This document shows, piece by piece, positions 9,710-19,378 of a stretch of 64,000 nucleotides of DNA. The position numbers and the translations under genes are program-made. Origin of the DNA: Vampirovibrio chlorellavorus (GTDB lineage: Bacteria > Cyanobacteriota > Vampirovibrionia > Vampirovibrionales > Vampirovibrionaceae); NCBI GenBank assembly GCA_001858525.1, contig LAPX01000009.1:3922-67921 (forward strand), in the 5' to 3' direction. The notes under the pieces were generated by a model. That model did not search any database. It was not told the DNA's origin and saw nothing but the letters and a program-made list of their open reading frames with translations. The number at the start of each line of letters is the position of its first letter. The first letter of the stretch is position 1.

Positions 9710-10468
9710 TTACTTGGGCGCTCTTTTCAAGCAAAAAAACAGGCCCAGTAAGGCAAAGTGGGGGAGCATAAAGACTTTGCGCAAGGCACTGGGGCAGCTG
9801 ATTCTTTTCAAGAAGTTGTGGACTTTGGTGAATGGCCAGGCCAGATGACGCACCCAGCTTTTTTCCAGGGCGTTCTTGGCATCAACCAGCCGTTGCAATA
9901 GCTTATAGCCTCTGCTGTTCTTGGCCTTATCGCTGACCTGGAACCTGTTGTGCAATTTCAGGTTATTTTCATAATCATGAGCCCCTTCTTTCAAGGGAAA
10001 CAGGGAGCCGACAAAAGTGTTCCAACGGGAGGCTAGTTCATCGACCGAAACGGTTTTCTTGTTCCAGTGGTTGGCGATTTCTTCAGCCCGCACGGCAGGA
10101 TGTTGTTTGAGGCTGGCATCCTTGGTGTAGTTTTCCAGAGCCTTATCGCCTTTTTTGCTTAAATAGCCAGCCACCGGTATACCCAAAATGCCCAAGGCCC
10201 AGCCCACCACCGGAATGGTAAACAGGGCGGGGAAAATAACACCCGTGCCATATTTGTTGACGAAAGCCTTGGCCACCTGGGGGTTGTTTTCGTTGCTAAA
10301 GTGGCTGCGCAAGGTTTGCCAGGCCGTTTTAAAGGAGATGCCACTGGCGTTCCCTCCGCCAAACTGAACGGGTACTGGTCTGGCCGCTCCAGTCCGGACG
10401 GCTATGCCAGTCAGGTTGCGCGGCTGATACAGCGGTAGTGGAGGAATGCGAGTGGGTGTGGCTTTCAC
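9710..10468 (-). CDS. Hypothetical membrane protein with low-complexity N-terminus and VQFGG motif
   Basis: GTG at 10468 follows a GAAGGG RBS; hydrophobic hairpin GVIFPALFTIPVVGWALGILG. Confidence 0.6.
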   Translation of the reverse strand: MKATPTRIPPLPLYQPRNLTGIAVRTGAARPVPVQFGGGNASGISFKTAWQTLRSHFSNENNPQVAKAFVNKYGTGVIFPALFTIPVVGWALGILGIPVAGYLSKKGDKALENYTKDASLKQHPAVRAEEIANHWNKKTVSVDELASRWNTFVGSLFPLKEGAHDYENNLKLHNRFQVSDKAKNSRGYKLLQRLVDAKNALEKSWVRHLAWPFTKVHNFLKRISCPSALRKVFMLPHFALLGLFFCLKRAPK

Positions 10469-10607
10469 GAGGACCCTTCTGACCTGACAACGGACTTGAT
10501 GACATTCATACGATTGCATCGACTGTGGGTATAAAACCGGAAAATACACTTTGTTGACGTTAATTATCACAAAATATTACAAAAGTTTTCGATTATTACG
10601 AATACCC

Positions 10608-10634
10608 TCAAGTTTTTGATCACTTTTTCGATAA
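10608..10634 (+). promoter_or_regulatory. Sigma28 (FliA)-like promoter
   Basis: TCAAGTTT-N11-TTCGATAA vs consensus TAAAGTTT-N11-GCCGATAA, upstream of a flagellar-associated gene. Confidence 0.6.
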
Positions 10635-10728
10635 GGAATTAATACCAATGGTGTATTCGATATATTTAGCATTTAAGTGAATTAGGAGTTTGTTTTCGTA
10701 GGAAGCGAGATACAACGAGGAACGAGAT

Positions 10729-11217
10729 ATGGTTGGATCAGTGATTAATTGTAAGCGTTGCAACAAAATTTTTCAGAAAGTCACTTCCAATGAACATTGT
10801 CCGGCCTGCATTCGGCTGGAGGAAGAGGAAGTCACCATACTATACCGTCGCTTGCAAAAAAGTTCGGCGGATGGGGGTATGACCATTGATGACTTATCGA
10901 CGGAATTGGAGATACCGGTGGAAACCATCGAGCGCTACTATCTGGAAGGCAAACTGACCACGGGTGTGATGTTTCTGAAGACCACTTGTCAGGGCTGTGG
11001 CGCTACCATTCGCGAAATTCAGAGAAAAGGTCGGTTTTGCGTGACCTGCAGCGAAGAAACCGCAAACAAGGCTGGTGTCGAAGTCAAACATATGCAGACC
11101 ATTCAGAAGGAAGAAGAGGCGGAGCGGAGGCGGCAGGAGCAACTACAGTTGCTGAAGAAGAATCAGCCCACCAAAACCCAGCCCCGTAAATTTGGATTCA
11201 GTCGCTCCGGGTCATAG
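10729..11217 (+). CDS. Flagellar operon protein, YvyF-like (zinc-ribbon/HTH)
   Basis: NCKRCNKIF..CPAC..EEE, HTH-like middle, second CxxC..CxxC; strong RBS. Confidence 0.72.
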   Translation: MVGSVINCKRCNKIFQKVTSNEHCPACIRLEEEEVTILYRRLQKSSADGGMTIDDLSTELEIPVETIERYYLEGKLTTGVMFLKTTCQGCGATIREIQRKGRFCVTCSEETANKAGVEVKHMQTIQKEEEAERRRQEQLQLLKKNQPTKTQPRKFGFSRSGS

Positions 11218-11368
11218 CGTTTTAGCCCTATGTGGGTATTGACTCAAAACAAGGTGAGAATCCGATCACCTTAAATAATGTTGAACTTCCAATGGTCAAC
11301 TCCGCAAAAAAGCGGGATAATAAGCTTGGGGAATTCGTGATGTTGATTCGGGAGGGGCCCAAGCGTTT

Positions 11369-12895
11369 ATGACCAATCCGGTAACGCCTGAAACAGAGGG
11401 CAATCAATCGCTTCAGGAGCCTGTGGCGACGGCTCAAAAAATTCAGGATGAAAAGCCCAAAACGCCCAAGGCGGTGAACGAGGAAACCGTGCACCGTCGC
11501 ACCAGCGTGGCCGATCCCATCCACGGGTTGATTCAGTTTGACCGTAACGATCCCTCTCAAAATCTGCTGCTCAGTGTTATGAACAGCAAGGCCTTCCAGC
11601 GCCTGCGGCGTGTGAAGCAAATGGGGCTGGCTGAATTTGTCTTTCCCGGGGCTACCCACTCCCGCTTTGTGCACAGTATCGGCTCGGCCTCCCTGATGAT
11701 GCAGGCCCTGGATCAGTTGAACCGCCATCCCAAAACCAGAGCACTGCTGGAAAGCCATTACCCAAATACCAATATCCCGCTCAGTCGGCTGTTGTTGCTG
11801 GGTATTTTGGTGCACGACATTGGGCACACCCCACTCTCCCATACCCTGGAAGACATTCTGGGGCTGGAAGAGCAAGGTTTGCTGCACGATAAGCACTGGA
11901 ACCGAAAAATTCTGACCGAAGACCCCGAACTGCAAAAAATCTGGAAGCGCTTTGGTCCGGACTTGCCCCAGGCCATGCTCAATTTTATGGGTGATGGGGC
12001 GCCCAAGCACTTTCTGGCCCAACTGATTTCCAGTCAGCTGGATATGGATCGCCTGGATTATTTGCAGCGAGATAGCCACTTTTTAGGCGTTCAGTATGGA
12101 CGCATTGAGGCGGCCCGCATCATCGCCAACCTGGAACTGGCCAAGCTGCCCAATGGCAAAGACGTGGTGGCGGTGCGAGAAGAGGCCGTTCCGGCCATTG
12201 AGCATTACCTGTTCGGGCGGCATCAGGCTTACAAAATGGCCTTGCACTCATTGGATAAAGCCTCTGAGGCCTTGTTGAAAAAGGTACTCATGCGCTTTCA
12301 GTGGGCCCGCCAGCAGGGTATTTCAACGGGGGCTCCGGCCGATGAACTGTATCAACTGATGACCGATGGCAAGACTCTGACTACTGAGCAGTATCTGCGC
12401 ATGGATGATTGCTACCTGTGGGAGAAGATTAACCAGTGGGCCAGCCACAGCGAGGATCAATTGCTCAGCGATTTGGCCAATCGCATGCTGCGTCATAACC
12501 TGCTCAAGTTTGTGGATTTGGCCAAGTACGGTTTCGGTGGGGCCAGTGTGCAGGAATTGGAACCGGTGTACGCCGCTTTAAAAGCCTATTATGAGAAGCG
12601 GGGCTTGCCCATGGAATTTTGCTTTGAGGAAACCGTAGTACATTCCAAGCCCATGTACCAGCCGCCCGATTGCCGGGAACCCATCTGGATTCGCACCACC
12701 CGGGGCAATGTGGTGGACCTGCGGGAGATTTCTTCTTTCTCCTTGTCCGTAAAGCCGGATACCAACCTCAAGCACCTGCTGTTCGTTTGGGATCGGGACG
12801 CCATGAAAGTGTTGATTCAAGCTTTGGAGCAACATTTACCCATTCCGGCCTTGCCCAAAGGGGAAGAGCATCTGGAAAACGAGGGCTGGTTGTAA
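11369..12895 (+). CDS. HD-domain phosphohydrolase (YdhJ/SAMHD1-like dNTPase family)
   Basis: DPIHG, FQRLRRVKQMG, PGATHSRFVHSIG, HDIGHTPLSH, DMDRLDYLQRDS. Confidence 0.9.
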   Translation: MTNPVTPETEGNQSLQEPVATAQKIQDEKPKTPKAVNEETVHRRTSVADPIHGLIQFDRNDPSQNLLLSVMNSKAFQRLRRVKQMGLAEFVFPGATHSRFVHSIGSASLMMQALDQLNRHPKTRALLESHYPNTNIPLSRLLLLGILVHDIGHTPLSHTLEDILGLEEQGLLHDKHWNRKILTEDPELQKIWKRFGPDLPQAMLNFMGDGAPKHFLAQLISSQLDMDRLDYLQRDSHFLGVQYGRIEAARIIANLELAKLPNGKDVVAVREEAVPAIEHYLFGRHQAYKMALHSLDKASEALLKKVLMRFQWARQQGISTGAPADELYQLMTDGKTLTTEQYLRMDDCYLWEKINQWASHSEDQLLSDLANRMLRHNLLKFVDLAKYGFGGASVQELEPVYAALKAYYEKRGLPMEFCFEETVVHSKPMYQPPDCREPIWIRTTRGNVVDLREISSFSLSVKPDTNLKHLLFVWDRDAMKVLIQALEQHLPIPALPKGEEHLENEGWL

Positions 12896-13049
12896 TGCGT
12901 TCAGTTCTATGGGCAATCATTAAATCATCCTAAATATTCGGCGATTTGGTTGAGTGCAGGGTGATAATGGCAACAGTAAGGGTGCTTTCAAGGCCTATTT
13001 CATAAACCCGTCAGCGGCTTTGAGGCAATTTAAATAAGGGAAAGAACCC

Positions 13050-15749
13050 ATGATTGATATGGATAAGCTGACCACTCAGGCCCAGGATGCTTTTGTTGAT
13101 GCCCAAACCATTTTAAAGCGCTTTGAGCAAAACCAGCTGGATGCCGAGCACTTGCTGTTGGCTATGCTTGAAAATGATAAAGGGCTGGTGGCCCGTATTT
13201 TTCAACAACTGAACGTAGAAAAGCGTGATTTGAAGCTGGATTTGGAAGCGGCCTTGGCCAAACGCCCCAGAGCCACCATTCACTCTCTGGAATCCGGGCA
13301 GGTGTTCATCACTCCCCGGCTTAAAAAATTGCTGGATGAGGCCAATGGCGAAGCTGAGCGGTTGAAAGATTCTTATGTGAGTACCGAGCATATTTTGCTG
13401 GCTATGGTGGAAACCGGCGGGGAAGTCAGCGATCTGTTGCGCAAGCTGAATATCACCAAAAACAATATTTACGCCGTCCTCAAGCAAATTCGGGGTGGTC
13501 GCAAGGCGGATTCTCAAAACGCGGAAGGCAACTATCAGGCCTTGGAAAAATACGGAAAAGATCTGACTGAGGTGGCCCGCACCGGCAAGCTGGACCCGGT
13601 CATTGGCAGACAAGAAGAGATTCGGCGGGTGATTCAGGTCCTCAGCCGTCGCACCAAGAACAACCCGGTGCTGATTGGGGAACCCGGCGTGGGTAAAACC
13701 GCCATTGTGGAAGGCTTGGCCCTGCGCATCATCAACGGGGATGTGCCAGAGAGCCTGAAAAACCGTAAACTGATTTCTCTGGATATGGGTGCTTTAATTG
13801 CCGGGGCCAAATTTCGGGGCGAGTTTGAGGAGCGCTTGAAATCCGTCTTGAAAGAGGTTCAATCGGCGGAAGGCGATATCATCCTGTTCATCGATGAATT
13901 GCACACCGTAGTGGGCGCTGGGGCCACCGATGGGGCCATGGATGCCAGTAACCTGTTAAAGCCCATGCTGGCCCGTGGGGAACTGCATTGCATTGGCGCC
14001 ACCACCATCAACGAGTACCGCAAGTACATTGAGAAAGATGCTGCTCTGGAACGTCGTTTTCAGCCGGTCATGGTGGATGAACCCACCGTGGAAGACACCA
14101 TCAGCATTTTGCGAGGGCTGAAGGAGCGTTATGAGGTGCATCACGGGGTGCGTATCAAGGATTCCGCCATTATCGCCGCGGCCACCTTATCCCACCGCTA
14201 CATCAGCGATCGATTCCTGCCGGACAAGGCCATTGATTTGATCGATGAGGCTTCTTCTAAAATTCGCATGGAAATTGACAGCCTGCCTCAGGAGCTGGAC
14301 GAGATTTCCCGGAATCTCATGCAACTGGAAATTGAGGCCGAAGCACTGAAGAAGGAGCAGGACAGTGCATCTCAGGACCGTTTGAAACGGCTGGAGCAGG
14401 AAATCGCCACGCTACGGCAACAAAAGGAAAGCTTTGAAGCGGCCTGGAAAGCGGAAAAAAATGACATTCAGGCAGTTCAGCGCATTAAAGAGGCCATGGA
14501 GCAGACCCGGGTAGAAATCGATCGGGCTGAGCGGGAAACCGATTTGGCCAAGGCCGCTGAACTGAAATATGGCCGCCTGCGGGAACTGCAAACCCAGCTG
14601 GAAGCCGAAGAACGCAAACTGAATGCTGGGGTAAAAGCCGATGGCAAACCCCTGCTGAAAGAAGAAATCGACGAAGAGGACATTGCCGAGGTCATCAGCC
14701 GCTGGACGGGCATTCCGGTATCCAAGCTGATGGAAGGCGAAGTGGAAAAGCTGCTGAAAATGGAAGACTTTTTGCACAAGCGCATTGTGGGCCAAAATCT
14801 GGCGGTGCAGGTGGTCTCCGAAGCGGTGCGACGAGCTCGGGCGGGCTTGAAGGATGAAAACCGTCCCATTGGGGCCTTTCTGTTCCTGGGACCTACCGGG
14901 GTGGGCAAAACGGAGCTGACCAAGGCGCTGGCCGAGTATCTGTTCAACGATGACAACGCCGTGGTGCGCATTGATATGAGCGAGTACATGGAAAAGCACG
15001 CCGTGGCCCGGCTGATTGGGGCCCCTCCCGGTTATGTGGGCTACGATGAAGGCGGCCAGCTGACTGAAGCGGTGCGCCGCAAGCCCTATTCCGTGGTGCT
15101 GTTTGATGAAGTGGAAAAAGCCCACCCGGATGTCTTTAACGTGCTACTGCAAGTGATGGACGATGGCCGCCTGACTGACAGCAAGGGCCGCACCGTGGAT
15201 TTCCGCAACACGGTCATTATTCTGACCAGTAACATTGGCAGCCCCATTATTCTGGAAGCCCGCCTGAAGGGTACCATGGGTCAGGCTGGGGGGCAGGCTG
15301 GCAGTGATGAGGCCATGCGCGAGCGGGTCATGGAGGAAGTGCGGGCCAGTTTCCGCCCGGAATTCATCAATCGCCTGGATGACATTGTGTTCTTTGAAGC
15401 GTTGAAGCCCGAAGACCTGCGGCGCATTGTGGATATTCAGCTGAGTCGTTTGCACAAGCTGCTGGCGGGCCGTAATATCGCCATTGATCTGAGTGAAGAG
15501 GCTAAAGATTATCTGGGCCAGCTAGGCTACGACCCCATTTACGGGGCTCGCCCGTTGAAGCGGGTCATTCGCAAGTACCTGGAAAACCCCTTGGCCAATC
15601 AGTTGCTGGAAGGGCGTTTCAAGGACGGGGACTTTGTCTTTGCCGAGGTGGATCCGGTGAATGACAAGTTGTTATTCAGCCTGAAACCGGCCCCAGTGCA
15701 AGCCAGTCATAAAACCACAGAAACCGTAGCGGGGAGCCAGCGCCCATGA
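13050..15749 (+). CDS. clpB: ATP-dependent disaggregase ClpB
   Basis: Clp-N repeats, two AAA+ modules ([16 protein letters not shown]), coiled-coil middle domain. Confidence 0.97.
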   Translation: MIDMDKLTTQAQDAFVDAQTILKRFEQNQLDAEHLLLAMLENDKGLVARIFQQLNVEKRDLKLDLEAALAKRPRATIHSLESGQVFITPRLKKLLDEANGEAERLKDSYVSTEHILLAMVETGGEVSDLLRKLNITKNNIYAVLKQIRGGRKADSQNAEGNYQALEKYGKDLTEVARTGKLDPVIGRQEEIRRVIQVLSRRTKNNPVLIGEPGVGKTAIVEGLALRIINGDVPESLKNRKLISLDMGALIAGAKFRGEFEERLKSVLKEVQSAEGDIILFIDELHTVVGAGATDGAMDASNLLKPMLARGELHCIGATTINEYRKYIEKDAALERRFQPVMVDEPTVEDTISILRGLKERYEVHHGVRIKDSAIIAAATLSHRYISDRFLPDKAIDLIDEASSKIRMEIDSLPQELDEISRNLMQLEIEAEALKKEQDSASQDRLKRLEQEIATLRQQKESFEAAWKAEKNDIQAVQRIKEAMEQTRVEIDRAERETDLAKAAELKYGRLRELQTQLEAEERKLNAGVKADGKPLLKEEIDEEDIAEVISRWTGIPVSKLMEGEVEKLLKMEDFLHKRIVGQNLAVQVVSEAVRRARAGLKDENRPIGAFLFLGPTGVGKTELTKALAEYLFNDDNAVVRIDMSEYMEKHAVARLIGAPPGYVGYDEGGQLTEAVRRKPYSVVLFDEVEKAHPDVFNVLLQVMDDGRLTDSKGRTVDFRNTVIILTSNIGSPIILEARLKGTMGQAGGQAGSDEAMRERVMEEVRASFRPEFINRLDDIVFFEALKPEDLRRIVDIQLSRLHKLLAGRNIAIDLSEEAKDYLGQLGYDPIYGARPLKRVIRKYLENPLANQLLEGRFKDGDFVFAEVDPVNDKLLFSLKPAPVQASHKTTETVAGSQRP

Positions 15750-15964
15750 TTGAAGTGTCTCGATTAAACGGCAGTATTTATTTTCTGAATCCGGATTTGA
15801 TTTTGACCCTGGAAGCCACCCCGGATACGGTGATTACCCTGACCACTGGGGAGAAACTGATGGTGCGGGAATCTCCGCAGGCGCTGATTGATCGCTTTGT
15901 GGCCTTTAAGCGCCGCATTGTCTCAGAACTGCCAGAGGTCAAATCTCAGCAACCGGTCACTTGA
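15746..15964 (+). CDS. flbD: Flagellar FlbD (SwrD) family protein
   Basis: [38 protein letters not shown]; ATGA overlap with clpB. Confidence 0.88.
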   Translation: MIEVSRLNGSIYFLNPDLILTLEATPDTVITLTTGEKLMVRESPQALIDRFVAFKRRIVSELPEVKSQQPVT

Positions 15965-15978
15965 GTCTTTCTGCCGGA

Positions 15979-16884
15979 TTACTGTATGACTCGGGAAAAT
16001 CCAGCCTGAATGGCCGACTCACTAAAGCCGTGCTGCTTCAGAATGATGGATAATTCCAGGGGGTGACCGCCCTGTTTTAAATTTTCATTCAGCCATACCT
16101 GCCAATGGTGCGGTAAGTCTTGGACATCCATGGGCATGTCTCTATCCAGCAAGTGCTTTGCCAGCACCGCATCCATTTGCCCCTGATCGATCAGATGCTG
16201 CACCACGGCGTGCCCGGATCGGGGGACCGGATATAAGGTGCAATTGGGCAAAGCGCCGTATCGATGAGCGTGCAACACATCCAGATTGACCGACTCTGGG
16301 GCGTTGCCATCCGGCTGGGTGCCGAAAATCACCCGCAAGTCACAAGTGGACTGGCGCTCTCGAGATAATTGGGGTAGATCCGCATACAGCGACGGCGGCG
16401 GATGGTCGTGCAAATCCAGCATAACCCGCAACCAGCGCCGATCGTGATACGTCAAGGCATGTTCCACATCCAGAAAGGACAACGGGCCAAAGGCTACAAT
16501 GCGCTTCACGTTCAGTAAAATTCCAAACAGAATGGCCGCATAAGCCCCCATGGACTGCCCGATGGTAATCACCGAGCTGGGCTGAATCCGAGTGATCAGT
16601 TGTTGAAGGGAATCGGCCACTTCATCCACATGGCTGCCCAAACCGGGAATTTCCCGGTGATACCAGCTATTGGTGCAATCTCGTACCAGAATGCGGTTAA
16701 AAACACTTTGCGTGGTGGCTTCCAGCTTTTTGACCCGACCGTAAAAGTCGAAAGCAGGCCGTTGCTCCCAATTCACAAACCCAAAGCTGATAATTAACGG
16801 CTGCCCCGAATGGATGGTATCCACCAATACGGAAGCCTCCGTGTTTTCAACCTGCGCATTGGTCAGTGGTGTTACGGGGATCAC
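15979..16884 (-). CDS. Alpha/beta-hydrolase-like protein with a small C-terminal helical domain
   Basis: GQSMGAY nucleophile elbow; C-terminal WQVWLNENLKQG...GFS. Confidence 0.65.
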   Translation of the reverse strand: MIPVTPLTNAQVENTEASVLVDTIHSGQPLIISFGFVNWEQRPAFDFYGRVKKLEATTQSVFNRILVRDCTNSWYHREIPGLGSHVDEVADSLQQLITRIQPSSVITIGQSMGAYAAILFGILLNVKRIVAFGPLSFLDVEHALTYHDRRWLRVMLDLHDHPPPSLYADLPQLSRERQSTCDLRVIFGTQPDGNAPESVNLDVLHAHRYGALPNCTLYPVPRSGHAVVQHLIDQGQMDAVLAKHLLDRDMPMDVQDLPHHWQVWLNENLKQGGHPLELSIILKQHGFSESAIQAGFSRVIQ

Positions 16885-16891
16885 TGTTTAC

Positions 16892-17569
16892 TCACTTTAA
16901 TAAATCAGGACGCAGTCGCTGGGTCCGCTCCAAGGCTTGGGCCTTCCGCCATTGCTCAATGGCGGCGTGATTCCCACTCAGCAGCACGTCCGGCACTTTC
17001 AAGCCCTTGTATTCGGCGGGACGGGTGTAGTGGGGATAATCTAACAACCCGTCATAAAAAGAATCTGCCTGCACGGAGGTGAACTTTTGCACCGCACCGG
17101 GAATCAACCGGGTGATGGCGTCCATCATGCTGAGCGCTGGCAATTCGCCGCCGGTCAGCACGTAATCCCCAATGGAAACTTCCTCCATTTCAGGAATCAA
17201 CTGCTTGATCCGCTCATCAAAGCCCTCATAATGCCCACAGAAAATAACAATCTCCTGGGCTTGGGTCAGTTCCAGGGCGAAATGGTGATCAAATCGCCGC
17301 CCCGTGGGAGTGGTCATAAACACCCGGGCCGGTTGCTTGAGCGGCAACAGGCTTTCATAAGCACTTTCCAGCGGTTGACAGGTCAAGACCATCCCACTGC
17401 CTCCACCAAAGGGAGAATCATCCACCTTGCGGTGAGCATCCGTGCTGAAATCCCGGATATTGACCGCCTGCACTTCGATAACGCCCTTTTGGCGAGCCCT
17501 GCCCATAATGCTGGCCGAGGCATAGGTTTCAATGATTTCCGGGAACAGGGTCAGGATGCTGAATTTCAT
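16892..17569 (-). CDS. trmD: tRNA (guanine-N1)-methyltransferase
   Basis: VDDSPFGGGSGMV, CGHYEGFDER, SIGDYVLTGGE. Confidence 0.97.
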   Translation of the reverse strand: MKFSILTLFPEIIETYASASIMGRARQKGVIEVQAVNIRDFSTDAHRKVDDSPFGGGSGMVLTCQPLESAYESLLPLKQPARVFMTTPTGRRFDHHFALELTQAQEIVIFCGHYEGFDERIKQLIPEMEEVSIGDYVLTGGELPALSMMDAITRLIPGAVQKFTSVQADSFYDGLLDYPHYTRPAEYKGLKVPDVLLSGNHAAIEQWRKAQALERTQRLRPDLLK

Positions 17570-17581
17570 GGGCTTGAGCGC

Positions 17582-18145
17582 TTACTGCTCCAGTCGGTCT
17601 GCGGTCACCGGGTCGGTGGACATGGCCAGAAAATCGCTGAGCAAATCAATGGCCACAGTCTGTTTTTCCAGGTTCACTTCCGGAAAAAAACGGTGAATGA
17701 AAGGAACCACCACTGTTTCCTCGCTATCCTCAATCTGGATTTCCAGAAAATCAGACCCACTGGAGGAAAGCAGATCTTTGACTTTCCCACGCGGACGGCC
17801 ATTTTGAGCATCCACCACGGTCAAGCCAATCAAATCATCCGCCCAAAACTCATCCGCATTGGGTTTTGGCAAGGCATCCCGATCCGCGAACACCATGCTG
17901 CCGACTAAGGGTTCGACCGTATTTCGATTATCGATCCCATCCAGGCTAATTACCAGTAAAGGACCTTGTTCTCGGACCGATTGAATGGAGTAATGCAGAT
18001 GCTCGCCGGTTTTGTGGTGTTTCAGGGTCAGTTGTTGCCGAGGCTTGGCCCACACCGGGTCGTCCGAGGCGGGGCGCACTTTTATATCGCCACGCACCCC
18101 GTGGCAGCCGATGATTTTACCAACACGAACCAGGCGATCGCTCAT
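17582..18145 (-). CDS. rimM: Ribosome maturation factor RimM
   Basis: VGKIIGCHGVRG, EFWADDLIGL, VPF; upstream of trmD. Confidence 0.93.
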   Translation of the reverse strand: MSDRLVRVGKIIGCHGVRGDIKVRPASDDPVWAKPRQQLTLKHHKTGEHLHYSIQSVREQGPLLVISLDGIDNRNTVEPLVGSMVFADRDALPKPNADEFWADDLIGLTVVDAQNGRPRGKVKDLLSSSGSDFLEIQIEDSEETVVVPFIHRFFPEVNLEKQTVAIDLLSDFLAMSTDPVTADRLEQ

Positions 18146-18619
18146 TTAACCGTTGATGGCTGTAATCAGGCCATCTTCCACTAAAATTTCAGCGTTTTGC
18201 AGATGATCGTACAAGTTATCGCCAACCCGCAGTTCCACGGTGTTTTCCAGCATGCCGGTCACAATGAACTGTCCGTTCTCAATATTGTCCAGATTGCCCA
18301 ATTCGGAGGAAATCTGCATTTTAACCGAAGCCATCTGGCTGCGTTTTTGCTGGGCTTCCTGATTCAGCTGTTGCAATTGGGCTTGCACGTTTTGGCCTTG
18401 CTGGGCCACTTTTTCCAGCTGTTGCAAGGAGTACTGGTACTGCGCTTCCAGTTGCTGCATTTGGGTGTCAATCAACTTGAGTTCGTTGTCCAGTTCGCTT
18501 TTGGCGCGGGTACGGAAGTTGTCGGTGACCTTGGTTTTTACGGTCACTTGGCGTTTGAGTTGAATGCTGGCTTGGGAAGTCATAGGGGCCTCTGTTGCTT
18601 TTTCCATAATGGACTGCAT
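18146..18619 (-). CDS. YlqD family protein
   Basis: IQLKRQVTVK, coiled coil, VGDNL..AEILVEDG; position before rimM; GAAAGG RBS before ATG 18619. Confidence 0.85.
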   Translation of the reverse strand: MQSIMEKATEAPMTSQASIQLKRQVTVKTKVTDNFRTRAKSELDNELKLIDTQMQQLEAQYQYSLQQLEKVAQQGQNVQAQLQQLNQEAQQKRSQMASVKMQISSELGNLDNIENGQFIVTGMLENTVELRVGDNLYDHLQNAEILVEDGLITAING

Positions 18620-18824
18620 GGGGATAGAACCTTTCGACATTAATTGAGTCCATTCTAACAGAACCGGCTTTGAAAGTGGGATTCCTCGCACTGGAAATAA
18701 ACATGCGGGGCAGCGGTTGATGATGGCCGACCACTGTGCCAGAATAAACGCATTCCTCTCAAGTGCAAGATCCGATTCCAATCCCCTTCCACCCGTCGCC
18801 CTGACGCAATAAAGGTCCTCTGCC

Positions 18825-19202
18825 ATGACCCAGATTACCGTTCTGTATTCCAAAATCCACCGAGCCACCGTGACTGATGCCCAGCTGCACTACGAAGGCA
18901 GCCTGACCATTGATCATCATCTGATGCAACAGGCAGGATTGGTGGAGTATCAACAGATTGATGTGTACAATATTACCAATGGCGAGCGATTTACCACCTA
19001 CGCCATTGTAGGAGAACCGCATACCGGCATTATTCAGGTCAATGGCGCCGCGGCCCACAAGGCCCGCACCGGGGATCTTATTATCATTGCCTCCTACGCC
19101 AACATTCCTCAGGAGGAAGGCCCCTTGTGGAAACCCAAGTTGGTCTTTGTGGACCGGCAAAACAAGCCCTCCGCTGATAAACCGGCCATGTTACCGGTTT
19201 AA
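18825..19202 (+). CDS. panD: Aspartate 1-decarboxylase
   Basis: SKIHRATVT, YEGSLTID, NGERFTTY, NGAAA. Confidence 0.96.
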   Translation: MTQITVLYSKIHRATVTDAQLHYEGSLTIDHHLMQQAGLVEYQQIDVYNITNGERFTTYAIVGEPHTGIIQVNGAAAHKARTGDLIIIASYANIPQEEGPLWKPKLVFVDRQNKPSADKPAMLPV

Positions 19203-19215
19203 AAATTTACAAGAA

Positions 19216-19370
19216 GGTGTTACCCCAAACCAGCCCTCTGGCTGCTTTTTGTGGCTCGATTTCCCTCATAGAAATAGAGGAATGCTCAGTCCAAGGCTTC
19301 CCTCGCTTTTTCTATAATAAGCAAACTATTTAAACAAAAAACCGCCAGAGGGCTGGTTTGGGGTAACACC
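19216..19370. repeat. MITE-like element with 27-bp perfect terminal inverted repeats
   Basis: GGTGTTACCCCAAACCAGCCCTCTGGC (19216-19242) and its exact reverse complement (19344-19370). Confidence 0.8.
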
Positions 19371-19378
19371 GGCTCACA

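Noticed and set aside
11228-12079. 283-aa minus-strand ORF
   Set aside because: Antisense to the HD-domain gene.
11369-12895. HD protein as an anti-phage dNTPase
   Set aside because: Belongs to a widespread housekeeping-like family and has no defence-island context.
12930-12990. Possible CIRCE/HrcA operator upstream of clpB (GAGTGC half-site)
   Set aside because: No matching left arm TTAGCACTC at 9-nt spacing.
18620-18868. N-terminal extension of the YlqD ORF
   Set aside because: It overlaps the divergent panD start and promoter region; the RBS supports ATG at 18619.
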